A DNA stretch of 33,095 nucleotides from Myxococcota bacterium (GTDB lineage: Bacteria > Myxococcota_A > UBA9160 > UBA4427). The notes under the pieces were generated by a model, which was not told the DNA's origin, searched no databases, and was given only the letters and a program-made list of their open reading frames with translations. This document shows positions 9,282 through 18,037 of the stretch, piece after piece. Within the stretch, counting starts at the first letter, position 1. Each line of letters begins with the position of its first letter. The DNA lies in the NCBI GenBank assembly GCA_036336835.1, contig JAYZFK010000029.1:1-33095 (forward strand), given 5' to 3'. The position numbers were made by a program, and so were the translations under genes.

Positions 9282-9743
9282 GTGGAACAGAGTCTCGTCG
9301 ACAAGCTGGGACTGCCGCCGATCGATCAGGTCGGCTACGTCGTGCGCGATCTCGATCGCGCGATCGAGACGTTCGGGGCGGTGTTCGGTCCGTTCCAGAC
9401 GATGGTGTCGGAGCTGCAGGGCACGAACCATCGTGGCCAGAAGTCCGATGTGACCCTGAAGATGGGCTTCGGGTCCTCGGGCCCGCTCGAGATCGAGCTG
9501 ATCGAGCCGGTGACGGGCGGCAGCCCGCACCGCGACGTGCTCGAGCAGCGCGGTGAAGGCGTGCACCACATTCGCTTCCAGATTCCCGATCTCGACCCGC
9601 CGCTCGCCGGCCTCGAGGAGCTGGGCTTCCGGGTCATCTGGTCCCACGAGATGCCCGAGCTCCCCGCCCGCTGGGCCTATCTCGAAGGCCCGAGCGACCA
9701 GGGCGGAGCCCTGATCGAGATCTACCAGCCCCCCAGCCCCTGA
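9282..9743 (+). CDS. VOC family protein (methylmalonyl-CoA epimerase/glyoxalase-like)
   Basis: DQVGYVVRDLD, EIELIEP, GEGVHHIRF and LIEI motifs; SD GGAGG. Confidence 0.85.
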   Translation: MEQSLVDKLGLPPIDQVGYVVRDLDRAIETFGAVFGPFQTMVSELQGTNHRGQKSDVTLKMGFGSSGPLEIELIEPVTGGSPHRDVLEQRGEGVHHIRFQIPDLDPPLAGLEELGFRVIWSHEMPELPARWAYLEGPSDQGGALIEIYQPPSP

Positions 9744-9780
9744 GCGGGGCGCGCAGGGCACCTCGCGCAGCTCGGGATGG

Positions 9781-10701
9781 TCAGGCGACCGGAGCGGGCT
9801 TCGGGTTGAGCGAGGCTGCGAGGGCGTCGTTGTAGACCCGGAGCGCCACGGCCGCCGCTCGCTCGTCGATCGGCGGGTGGCCGTGGTAGTTGCCGGGCGC
9901 GTTGTACAGCTCGACTGCGATGCCGGCCTCCATCAGGCGCAGGGCATACAGGATCCCCTCGTCGCGCAGCGGGTCGAGTCCGTTGGTCTGGACGAAGGCT
10001 GGGGGCAAGCCCGAGAGATCGGCGGCGCGAGCCGGCGCGGCGTAGGGCGAGGTCTGCGAGCGATCGTAGTCCTCGCCCAGATAGTGCAGCCACATGCCCT
10101 CCGCCTGCGCGCCGTTGAACCCGAGTCCATCGCGAGTCTGCCGGGTCGACGCGGTCTCGAGGCGATCGTCGATCACGGGAATCATCAGCGCCTGGAGCGC
10201 AATCCGCGGTCCGTTGCGATCGCGCGTCATCAGCGCGACTGCCGCGCTGAGCGCGCCGCCGGCGCTGCCCCCCGTTACGACGAGCCGGTCGAGATCGACG
10301 CCGAGCTCGTCGGCACTCGCGGAAACCCACAGCAGCGCGGCATAGCAATCCTCGGGTCCCGCCGGGAAGGGATGCTCCGGGGCCAGTCGATAGTCGACGC
10401 TGACGACGACGCACTGGTGCTGGAGCGACCATGCGGCGTCCATCCCGGAGAAGCTGTCGGCGTGCAATAGACAGAAGGCGCCGCCGTGGATGCTGAGCAG
10501 GACGGGGAGCGTGCCGCGGGCCGCCTTGGGCCGGTAGACCAGAACGCGGACGTCGGGAGCGCCGGCTGGGCCCGGTACGAAGCGTTGCTCGATCTCGAGC
10601 TGTGAACGCTGTGCCTCGCTCGCCTCGATCGGCACGAAATCCGCGGGTGCGTCGTGTCCGCCGCGCGGCGGAATCGGGAGTAGCTCGTCGGCTCGGGACA
10701 C
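9781..10701 (-). CDS. HSL-family (alpha/beta hydrolase_3) esterase/lipase
   Basis: HGGAF oxyanion motif, VDYRLAPEHPFPA, GGSAGG, DPLRDEG and a C-terminal HG; SD GGAGG. Confidence 0.9.
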   Translation of the reverse strand: MSRADELLPIPPRGGHDAPADFVPIEASEAQRSQLEIEQRFVPGPAGAPDVRVLVYRPKAARGTLPVLLSIHGGAFCLLHADSFSGMDAAWSLQHQCVVVSVDYRLAPEHPFPAGPEDCYAALLWVSASADELGVDLDRLVVTGGSAGGALSAAVALMTRDRNGPRIALQALMIPVIDDRLETASTRQTRDGLGFNGAQAEGMWLHYLGEDYDRSQTSPYAAPARAADLSGLPPAFVQTNGLDPLRDEGILYALRLMEAGIAVELYNAPGNYHGHPPIDERAAAVALRVYNDALAASLNPKPAPVA

Positions 10702-10776
10702 TGGAAACCTCCGGGCGCCGGTGCTCGGCTTCGATGGTCGGCCGAGGCTATCGAGTTCGTCGGTCGGCCGCCGGGG

Positions 10777-12234
10777 CTAGTCGAGTCCGGTGAACTCGAG
10801 CAGCCGAGCTTCCAGATAGGGATGGAACGGATTCCAGCGCTGGCGCAGCATCGCCCCCGAGGACACCTGGAGGACGTGGCTCTCGCCGCGCAGTGCGAGA
10901 TGCCCGAGCTCGAGCCCCGGGCTCGGCTCGCCGCTGCCGTCGCCGTACAGCGGATCCGACGCCGGGAACGGCAGGGCCACGTGCGAGAGCGAGAAGACAC
11001 GGCGCGGCCAGGCCAGGCCGAGGTCGGAGACCACGACCTCAGGGCTTCCCGCCGCGAGGTGGTGCAGCACGACGTCGCGCACGCGCGGGTTGCGGTTCGC
11101 CACGATGCTCAGCGCGAAGGTCAGCTTGCGCTGGCGCAGCAGCGTGGCGAGCTGCTCCGCAGGATCGAACGCCAGCAGGGGTGCGATTCCGCTCATCCGG
11201 TTGAGATCGAACAGCACCAGCTCGTGGCCGTTCGCAGGCAGTTTCTCCATCAGTCCCTCGATCACTGCCGGTGTCGAGACGGTCGAATCCACGGCGGACT
11301 GGAATGCCAGGGTCGGAGGAAAGTCGGCGAGTCGCTTCGTCGGCGCGAGTGCGTCGAAGCGCCGCGCGATCTGGCGCGTGATGAGGTGTGCCTGCTCGGC
11401 GGCGTTGGTCGCGAACGACTGGTACTGGAACGGGTTGTACTCGGGCAGGACGGATTGCCACGCGAGCTTCTCGAGGCCGAGCAGGCGGCCGAGTCGCTTC
11501 TGCCAGACGGCCAGCGCGGCGGCGGGCGAGATGCCGATCTCGGGCGACAGCAACACCAGCCGCTCGACTCGCGCCAGCGTGTCGTCGACCAGCCCTGCGA
11601 GCGCGTATTCGACGGCCAGCGCGCCGCCATTCGAGTAGCCGACCAGGATCAGTGGCCGGTTCCCGACCGCACCAGCCAGGTGCTGCGCCGCGACCCGGAC
11701 GGCGGCGGCCATGTCCTGCCAGCGCACCTCGGTGAGGCCGGACGGGGTGGTGCCGTGGCCGGGCAGGCGCAGGCCGACCACCCAGGCTCCTGCGTCGTGG
11801 AGGCGCTCAGCGACGCTGCGCAGACTGTACGGCGAATCGGTCAGACCGTGCAGCAGCAGAACGCCCGCGCGCGGTGCGCGCGTGCGAAGCTCGAAGCTGC
11901 GGTTCCAGTTGCGCGGCCAGCGCGCGGGATCCGAAAGGCTGCCGCGGTGGAATCGGTTGGTCTCGTGGCTTGCGTCGGGGTCGATCCGGGTCAGGACCTC
12001 CGCTTCGAGCTGGGCGAACAGACGTTGCTCGAGTGCGAGGTACTGCTCGAAGCTGTGCACGGGGGAGCCCGCGACGAACTCCTCGTCGAGCTCTGCCGTA
12101 TGCCAGACGGCCAGTTCGGGCAGTCGACTGGCTACCAGCACGACGCCGGCCAGGGCAGCCAGCAGGGCTCCAGCGAGCCCGTAGCCCCCAGCCCGCGCGA
12201 GGCCGAGGAGCACTCGACCGGACGTATTCCGCAC
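10777..12234 (-). CDS. Membrane-anchored alpha/beta hydrolase (lysophospholipase-like)
   Basis: N-terminal TM helix, LLHGLTDSPYS, RLPGHGT, GYSNGG and SLSHVALPF motifs. Confidence 0.85.
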   Translation of the reverse strand: MRNTSGRVLLGLARAGGYGLAGALLAALAGVVLVASRLPELAVWHTAELDEEFVAGSPVHSFEQYLALEQRLFAQLEAEVLTRIDPDASHETNRFHRGSLSDPARWPRNWNRSFELRTRAPRAGVLLLHGLTDSPYSLRSVAERLHDAGAWVVGLRLPGHGTTPSGLTEVRWQDMAAAVRVAAQHLAGAVGNRPLILVGYSNGGALAVEYALAGLVDDTLARVERLVLLSPEIGISPAAALAVWQKRLGRLLGLEKLAWQSVLPEYNPFQYQSFATNAAEQAHLITRQIARRFDALAPTKRLADFPPTLAFQSAVDSTVSTPAVIEGLMEKLPANGHELVLFDLNRMSGIAPLLAFDPAEQLATLLRQRKLTFALSIVANRNPRVRDVVLHHLAAGSPEVVVSDLGLAWPRRVFSLSHVALPFPASDPLYGDGSGEPSPGLELGHLALRGESHVLQVSSGAMLRQRWNPFHPYLEARLLEFTGLD

Positions 12235-12352
12235 ACAGGCGAGGGTAGGCGCAACCTCGCCGGCGTAGTAGCCCCGTCTCCCGCGGGCTCGACCGACGGG
12301 ATTCTGGCGGCCGGGTGCGCACAGTGGCTCGAACGGCGGCTAGAATCGACAC

Positions 12353-12796
12353 CTCGAGATCGGGCCGTTGCTCGCGGGGCTGGGCATCGCCGGCTTCATC
12401 GTGGGCTTCGCGCTGCAGGACAGTCTCGCCAACTCTGCCGCCGGGGCGATGATCCTGATCTACCGGCCGTACGACGTCGACGATGTGATCGAGTCCGGGA
12501 CCGTTCGGGGGAAGGTGAGCCACGTGGGCCTGGTCTCGACGACGATCCTCACGTTCGAAAACCAGACGCTCATCGTCCCCAACAACAAGATCTGGGGCGA
12601 CGTCATCCGCAACGTCACGGCACAGTCCTCGCGCCGAATCGATCTGATCTTCCGGGTGGGCTACGACGAGGAGGTCTACTGGGATCTCGACCGCGCCGTG
12701 AAGCAGGCCTTCGACCGCGAGGAAATCTCGCTACCCCGGCCGCAGCGCGAGGTACACCTGCATCCGTCCAGCGCGGCGCCACCCGCCGCCGAGTGA
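12353..12796 (+). pseudogene. mscS: Truncated mechanosensitive channel MscS remnant
   Basis: LEIGPLLAGLGIAGFIVGFALQDSLAN...RPYDVDDVI...IVPNNKIWG...NVT is MscS TM3 plus the beta domain. An in-frame TAG at 12341 removes the N-terminal TMs, and the C-terminal domain jumps from VGYDE straight to EVYWDL. Confidence 0.7.
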
Positions 12797-12812
12797 TCCA
12801 ACAGGAGCCGTC

Positions 12813-14174
12813 ATGCCGTTTCGTCTGACCGAGGGACCGATCCGAGCCGCGTCCGCCGTGCTCGCCATGTTCGCCGTGCTGTCGCTCGGCTGCGCGGGGG
12901 CGCGTGCTGTCAACGTGCCGCTCGAGCGCTACAGCCCGACCGATGCGGGACGCCCCAGACAGGCGCCGAGGGATCCGGGCCGAGCGGTGATCTACCTCGC
13001 GTTCTCGGGCGGCGGAACCCGCGCGGCGGCCTTCGCCTACGGGGTGATGGAGGAGCTGCACGCGACGGCGATCGGCGCCGACCCGGCGACCAGCGTGCTC
13101 GATGAGGTCGACACGGTCAGTGGGGTCTCGGGCGGGAGCTTCCCGGCCGCCTACTACGGGGTCTACGGCGACCGCATCTTCCAGGAGTTCGAGGCGCGCT
13201 TCCTCAAGCGCAACGTGCAGGGGGCGCTGCTGCTGCGGCTGCTGCGACCCTGGAATCTGATCCAGGTGGCGTTCACGCCCTGGCTGAGCCGCAGCGATCT
13301 GGCTGCGCGCTACTACGACGACAACGTGTTCGACGGCGCGCGGTTCGGGGATCTGCACGCGGCGGGTGGGCCGCGCACCTACATCAATGCGACCGATCTC
13401 TCGTCGGGGACCCGCGTCACCTTCACTCGCGACACCTTCGAGCTGATCTGCTCGGACCTCGACCAGCTGCCGATCTCCGCCGCGGTCGCGGCTTCGTCCG
13501 CCGTGCCGATGCTGCTGTCGCCGATTACGCTGCGCAACTACGCCGGCCGCTGTGACTACGAAGCGCCGGCGTGGGCAAGGGAGGCGCTCGCCGATCCCGG
13601 GTCGAGCCGCCGGGTCCGTCAGTCGGCGCGCAACTTCGAGAACTTTCGCAACGCCGCGGACAAGCCGTTCATCCACCTGATCGACGGAGGGATCTCGGAC
13701 AATCTCGGCCTGCGCGCGGGCCTCGACTTCCTCTCGACGGTCGGCGGTGCGCGCGGGGCGGTCGTGGCGCGCGGCATCGAGGTCCCCGAGATCCTCGCCG
13801 TGATCGTCGTCAACGCCGAGACGGACCCGAACTGGACGATCGACCTGTCGTCGGCCGCGCCATCGTTCGCCCAGCTGATGAACACGGTCGCGGGCTCGCA
13901 GATCCGCCGCTACAACCTCGAGACGCTGATCGCGCTGGAGGGCGCGCTCGCCAGCCTGCGCCTCGATCTCGCCGAGGACGGGCACGATACGCAGACCTTC
14001 ATGGTGGATGTCAGCTTCGACGAGCTCGCCGATCCCGGCCGACGGACCTACTTCAAGCGGCTGCCGACCAGCTTCGTGCTGACCGACGGGGAGGTCGACG
14101 AGCTGCGCGAGGCGGGGCGACGCCTGCTGCGCGACTCCCCGGAGTTCCAGGCCCTGGTCGAGGCGCTGCAGTAG
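12813..14174 (+). CDS. Patatin-like phospholipase, probable lipoprotein
   Basis: SGGGTRAA, GVSGG nucleophile, ASSAVP and DGG motifs; signal peptide with lipobox LSLGC; SD AGGAG. Confidence 0.9.
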   Translation: MPFRLTEGPIRAASAVLAMFAVLSLGCAGARAVNVPLERYSPTDAGRPRQAPRDPGRAVIYLAFSGGGTRAAAFAYGVMEELHATAIGADPATSVLDEVDTVSGVSGGSFPAAYYGVYGDRIFQEFEARFLKRNVQGALLLRLLRPWNLIQVAFTPWLSRSDLAARYYDDNVFDGARFGDLHAAGGPRTYINATDLSSGTRVTFTRDTFELICSDLDQLPISAAVAASSAVPMLLSPITLRNYAGRCDYEAPAWAREALADPGSSRRVRQSARNFENFRNAADKPFIHLIDGGISDNLGLRAGLDFLSTVGGARGAVVARGIEVPEILAVIVVNAETDPNWTIDLSSAAPSFAQLMNTVAGSQIRRYNLETLIALEGALASLRLDLAEDGHDTQTFMVDVSFDELADPGRRTYFKRLPTSFVLTDGEVDELREAGRRLLRDSPEFQALVEALQ

Positions 14175-14198
14175 CGCGCGCGGAGGAGCCGGCTCGGA

Positions 14199-15917
14199 TC
14201 AGTCGCGGCCCCGGGCGGGCACCACCCTCACGGGATTCGCGCCCAGCGCCTGGATGCGCAGCCCGCGGGCTGCGTCGTAGACCATCACCTGGCTCACGCC
14301 GCGGGCGCGCAGCCCTGCGACCAGCGAGGCCGCCGCTCGGTGCTGCTCGTCGGCCGCGAGGGCGGACCAGCGCTCGTCGAGTGTGCCGACGAAGGCGGGG
14401 CCGACGCCCTGGCCGCTTCGCCCGCCGCCCGCGAGCAGGGGGGATACCTGCTGGAGCTCTTCACGCGAGAAGGGCTCGATGCCCGCCGCAGGCCGCAGGC
14501 TCGCGATCACCAGCCCGCACACGGCCGCGACGGCGGCCGCGCCGGCGACGCGGGCGAGCCGAGCCCAGGGCCAGGTCCGCCATGCCGCGAGCCCGACCGC
14601 TGGTCTCGCAGTCTTCGCCTCGAGCGCCTCGCGGACGATCTTCCGAGCCGTTCGTTTTGTGTGGATCGCATCGCGCTTGGCGGGCGGCGCAGGAGCCCGT
14701 TGGAGCCTCCCGTGGTGCACCGGGACTATCGGGGTGCAGAGGAACTTGTTCCTCATCTCCGAGAGGTGGCACGCCTTCCGGTAGCTATCGCCGGTGATCT
14801 GCTCCTGGGAAGCCTGCTTGAGGGCGGCGTCGAGTTCCGGGACCCACACGGCCGAGAGCTGCTGCGCGGAGATGCCGATTGCGGGAAGCTCGTCTTCCAG
14901 CACCACCGCCGAACGACTGAGCAGCCCGACGAGGATCGTGGTTCCCTCGAGGTCTTCGCGCAGCCCGACCGACGCGGCGAGCAGGGCGGCGCTCTCCGTC
15001 CGGTTCAGATAGGAGAGATCGAGACACCACGCGATCCGATCGATCGCGGTCGAGTGCGGTGCGCCGCCAGTCGCGCGCCGGCGCAAGGCCCTGGCCAGCT
15101 CGCAGATCGCCGGAGATTCGAACACGCCGTTCGGCTTCCGATCCGCCGCGGCCGGGGATTTCGAGCTCTCGACCTCTTGCGCGCGGTGTCTCGAGAGTGT
15201 GGCGTTGTAGGCCACGATCGAGCGCAGCACGCCCGGCGCGAAGTAGCTCGAGCCGAGCTCCATCTTGCGGCGAGTCAGCTCGTGCAGCCGATCGCTCGAG
15301 CCGACCTCGGTACCGTACCGGTCCGCGGCGGCGAAGAATTCGGCCTCGATCTCCGGGAGCCGGGGGTCGCGGTCGCGATCCGGCTGCGCGCACAGGCTGT
15401 TCAGCTGCGGAGTCAGCGTGACGGGGTCCTGTGGGAAGACCGCGTCCGAGCTCTCAGAGGTGGTGCACAGCAGCGTGATCAGGTAGTCGATCGCGCCGAT
15501 GCGCGCCGCGGTTCCCTCGAGCCGCAGGGTCTCTGCACCGAGCAACAGATCGAGCAGGGCGAGGACACCGCGGCGATCCTCGACGACGCGCTCGGGAAGC
15601 GACGAGCGCAGCTGTGCAACCGGCACCTTCTCGGCGATGCTGCGCATCTCGTGCTCGAAGCTGTCGAGCCGGGGGTCGAACTTCTCGAACCTGCGCTCGC
15701 CGGCTTTGGGATGCTGTTTGGCGAGTTTTGCCAGCGTGTCATCGAGCGACCGCCGAGTGTCTGCGATCCGCTGCTGCTCGGCCGAGCCTGCCGACGTTGC
15801 GAGCACGTCCCATGCCGAGCACAACACGCGGTAGCGCTCCCAGCGCCTGCGCAGTGCGAAGTTGCGTCGCCTCCTTCGGGACCGGTTTCCGTCAGTCGGC
15901 GGGTGCGAGTCGCTCAT
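14199..15917 (-). CDS. Hypothetical protein, mostly helical, with one TM near the C-terminus
   Basis: 572-aa ORF filling the gap between patatin and pilin, with protein-like composition; hydrophobic segment VAGAAAVAAVCGLVIASL. Confidence 0.7.
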   Translation of the reverse strand: MSDSHPPTDGNRSRRRRRNFALRRRWERYRVLCSAWDVLATSAGSAEQQRIADTRRSLDDTLAKLAKQHPKAGERRFEKFDPRLDSFEHEMRSIAEKVPVAQLRSSLPERVVEDRRGVLALLDLLLGAETLRLEGTAARIGAIDYLITLLCTTSESSDAVFPQDPVTLTPQLNSLCAQPDRDRDPRLPEIEAEFFAAADRYGTEVGSSDRLHELTRRKMELGSSYFAPGVLRSIVAYNATLSRHRAQEVESSKSPAAADRKPNGVFESPAICELARALRRRATGGAPHSTAIDRIAWCLDLSYLNRTESAALLAASVGLREDLEGTTILVGLLSRSAVVLEDELPAIGISAQQLSAVWVPELDAALKQASQEQITGDSYRKACHLSEMRNKFLCTPIVPVHHGRLQRAPAPPAKRDAIHTKRTARKIVREALEAKTARPAVGLAAWRTWPWARLARVAGAAAVAAVCGLVIASLRPAAGIEPFSREELQQVSPLLAGGGRSGQGVGPAFVGTLDERWSALAADEQHRAAASLVAGLRARGVSQVMVYDAARGLRIQALGANPVRVVPARGRD

Positions 15918-15950
15918 GGGTGGAGGGGGCGCTGCGCCGCGCTGGCAGCG

Positions 15951-16487
15951 CTAGAAGATCGTCTGGCCCGCTGCGGGATCGCACGGACCGATCTGGAGTG
16001 GAGTCAATGCCGCGATGTTGCAGCCCACCTGTCCGGCGACCTGCTTGCCGGCGCCATCGAGCTTCGTGTAGCCCCAGAACTGGACGACGCCGTCCTGATC
16101 GATATCGGCTGCTGCATCGGCCGAGTAGCCCACGCCGTCCGCGCTGACACCGACGCCGTACGAGAAGTAGACGTTGCCGTCGGTAGAGAAGCCGAGCCCG
16201 GCAAACTCGCTGTTGCGGCCATCGAAGATGGTGGATTGTCCGCCCGGAACGATGGCGGGCTCGGCTGCGACCGACAGGTAGTGCTCGAACTCGGAGAAGT
16301 AGGCCTCTTCGGCGACCCGGATCGCGCCGAGGTTCGTCTTGGCCTCTGTACTCTTGGCTTTGAGCTGGTAGGTCATGAAGCGCGGAATCGCGATCGATGC
16401 CAGGACCCCGATGATCAGCACCACGATCACGACCTCGAGGAGGCTGAACCCGCTGCGTCGCTGGGAATTCGTCGGCGGCTGTGCCAT
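15951..16487 (-). CDS. pilA: Type IV pilin (PilA-like)
   Basis: Class III signal RRSG|FSLLE with E5, hydrophobic helix VVIVVLIIGVLASIAIPRF, KAKSTEAKTNLGAI (deltaproteobacterial PilA style) and a C-terminal Cys pair. Confidence 0.85.
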   Translation of the reverse strand: MAQPPTNSQRRSGFSLLEVVIVVLIIGVLASIAIPRFMTYQLKAKSTEAKTNLGAIRVAEEAYFSEFEHYLSVAAEPAIVPGGQSTIFDGRNSEFAGLGFSTDGNVYFSYGVGVSADGVGYSADAAADIDQDGVVQFWGYTKLDGAGKQVAGQVGCNIAALTPLQIGPCDPAAGQTIF

Positions 16488-16494
16488 GGCGTGC

Positions 16495-16521
16495 AGATCG
16501 GCTGCTACGTGATATTACTGA
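16495..16521 (-). promoter_or_regulatory. Putative sigma28 (FliA)-type promoter of the pilin gene
   Basis: Minus strand reads TCAG-TAATATCACGTAGCA(15 nt)-GCCGATCT, ending 7 nt before the ATG; resembles the consensus TAAA-N15-GCCGATAA. Confidence 0.45.
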
Positions 16522-16585
16522 AGCGGGTTCCACCGAATTCACTGCGACTCGAACACCCGCGGGGATTCCAGACAGCGAGGCTTTC

Positions 16586-18037
16586 ATGCGCGACGCCAGC
16601 ACCCTGCGACACCGGATCCGCGAGCAGCTCGACCATCCCGTGATCGACGCCGACGGCCACCTGATCGAATTCGGGCCGGCACTTGCTGGTTTCCTCGCCG
16701 AGGAGGGCATCGGCGACCCGGGGCGGCTGTTCCGGGACATCAGCTGCGGCGCGGGAACGCCCGGCATCGACACCATGACGCCGCGGGAGCGCGATGCGGT
16801 GCGCGCCGTGCGCGTCCCCTGGTGGGCGACACCGGCCTCGAACACGCTCGACCTCGCGACTGCGATGCTGCCGGAGCTGCTCTACGAGCGACTCGACGAC
16901 CTCGGGATCGACTTCGCCGTGCTCTACGGCAGCGCCGCCCTGTTGTTTCCGCACGCGCGCGACGAGGCGACGCGACGCGGCGCGTGCCGTGCAGCGAACC
17001 GCTACTTCGCCGAGCTGTTCGGGACCTTCTCCGACCGGATGACGCCCGCAGCCGTGGTGCCACTCCACACGCCGGAGGAGGGCATCGAGCTGCTCGAGCA
17101 CGCCGTCGGCGAGCTCGGCTTGAAGACCGCGATGATCCCGAGCTTCGTCGAGCGCGCGGTTCCGGACGGCCATCGAGCTCCCTACAACGTCTGGTTCGAC
17201 ACGCTCGGCCTCGACAGCGCGTACGACTACGATCCGTTCTGGCAGCGCTGCATCGATCTCGGGGTCTCAGTCGCCTCGCACTCGCCGAGCATGGGCATCG
17301 GCTTCCGCAGCTCGCCGACCAATTACATGCACAACCACATCGGTCACTTCGCTGCGGCCGGCGAGGCCCTGGCCAAGTCCCTGCTGTTCGGCGGCGTTAC
17401 GAGCCGGTTCCCGAAGCTGCGGGTGGCGTTCCTCGAGGGCGGCGTCCACTGGGCCGTGGGCCTGCTCGGCGACTTCGTCGGCCGCTGGGGCAAGCGCAAC
17501 AGGCAGGCCGTGCGCACCTACGATCCGGCGCGGGTCGACCGCGCGAAGCTGGCGGGCCTGTTCGAGAAGTACGGCGGTCGCCTGATTGCGCGGGCTCCGG
17601 GCGGGCTCGCTGAGCTGGGCGCGAGCGAGCTCAGCTCGGGGCCGTTCGACGACTTCGAGCACGTGGCTGCCGCGAGCGAGCAGGAGCTCGGCGACCGCTT
17701 CGTGCCGAATTTCTACTTCGGCTGCGAAGCCGACGATCCAATGACGGCAACCGCGTTCGACACCGAGCGCACGCCGTTCGGCCGTCCCCTGCACGCGATG
17801 TTCAGCTCGGACATTGGCCACTGGGACGTACCTGACATGACCGACGTGCTCGACGAGGCCTGGGAGCACGTCGAGCGTGGCTGGCTCGATCGCCCGGCCT
17901 TCCGTGACTTCGTGTTCTCGAACGCTGTGCGCTTCTACACCGACACGAACCCCGACTTCTTCGCCGGGACCGTCGTCGAGAAGGCGGTCGCCGCCGAGCG
18001 GCCGGAGCTCGCGGTGCCTCAGGGACGAGGGGCCTGA
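16586..18037 (+). CDS. Amidohydrolase family protein
   Basis: HPVIDADGH, YDPFW, VAFLEGG, FGCEADD and FSSDIGHWD motifs; SD-like GAGG before ATG 16586. Confidence 0.9.
   Translation: MRDASTLRHRIREQLDHPVIDADGHLIEFGPALAGFLAEEGIGDPGRLFRDISCGAGTPGIDTMTPRERDAVRAVRVPWWATPASNTLDLATAMLPELLYERLDDLGIDFAVLYGSAALLFPHARDEATRRGACRAANRYFAELFGTFSDRMTPAAVVPLHTPEEGIELLEHAVGELGLKTAMIPSFVERAVPDGHRAPYNVWFDTLGLDSAYDYDPFWQRCIDLGVSVASHSPSMGIGFRSSPTNYMHNHIGHFAAAGEALAKSLLFGGVTSRFPKLRVAFLEGGVHWAVGLLGDFVGRWGKRNRQAVRTYDPARVDRAKLAGLFEKYGGRLIARAPGGLAELGASELSSGPFDDFEHVAAASEQELGDRFVPNFYFGCEADDPMTATAFDTERTPFGRPLHAMFSSDIGHWDVPDMTDVLDEAWEHVERGWLDRPAFRDFVFSNAVRFYTDTNPDFFAGTVVEKAVAAERPELAVPQGRGA

Noticed and set aside
72..16643. 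Many long antisense or alternate-frame ORFs (e.g. 72-1322, 1534-3417, 3544-5760, 6739-8703, 10822-12828, 14340-16643)
   Set aside because: They overlap motif-supported genes and are Arg/Ala/Gly/Pro-rich with no motifs; these are expected shadow ORFs in high-GC DNA.
18019..18037. 19-nt overlap of the convergent amidohydrolase and SDR 3' ends
   Set aside because: Short convergent overlaps are ordinary in compact GC-rich genomes.
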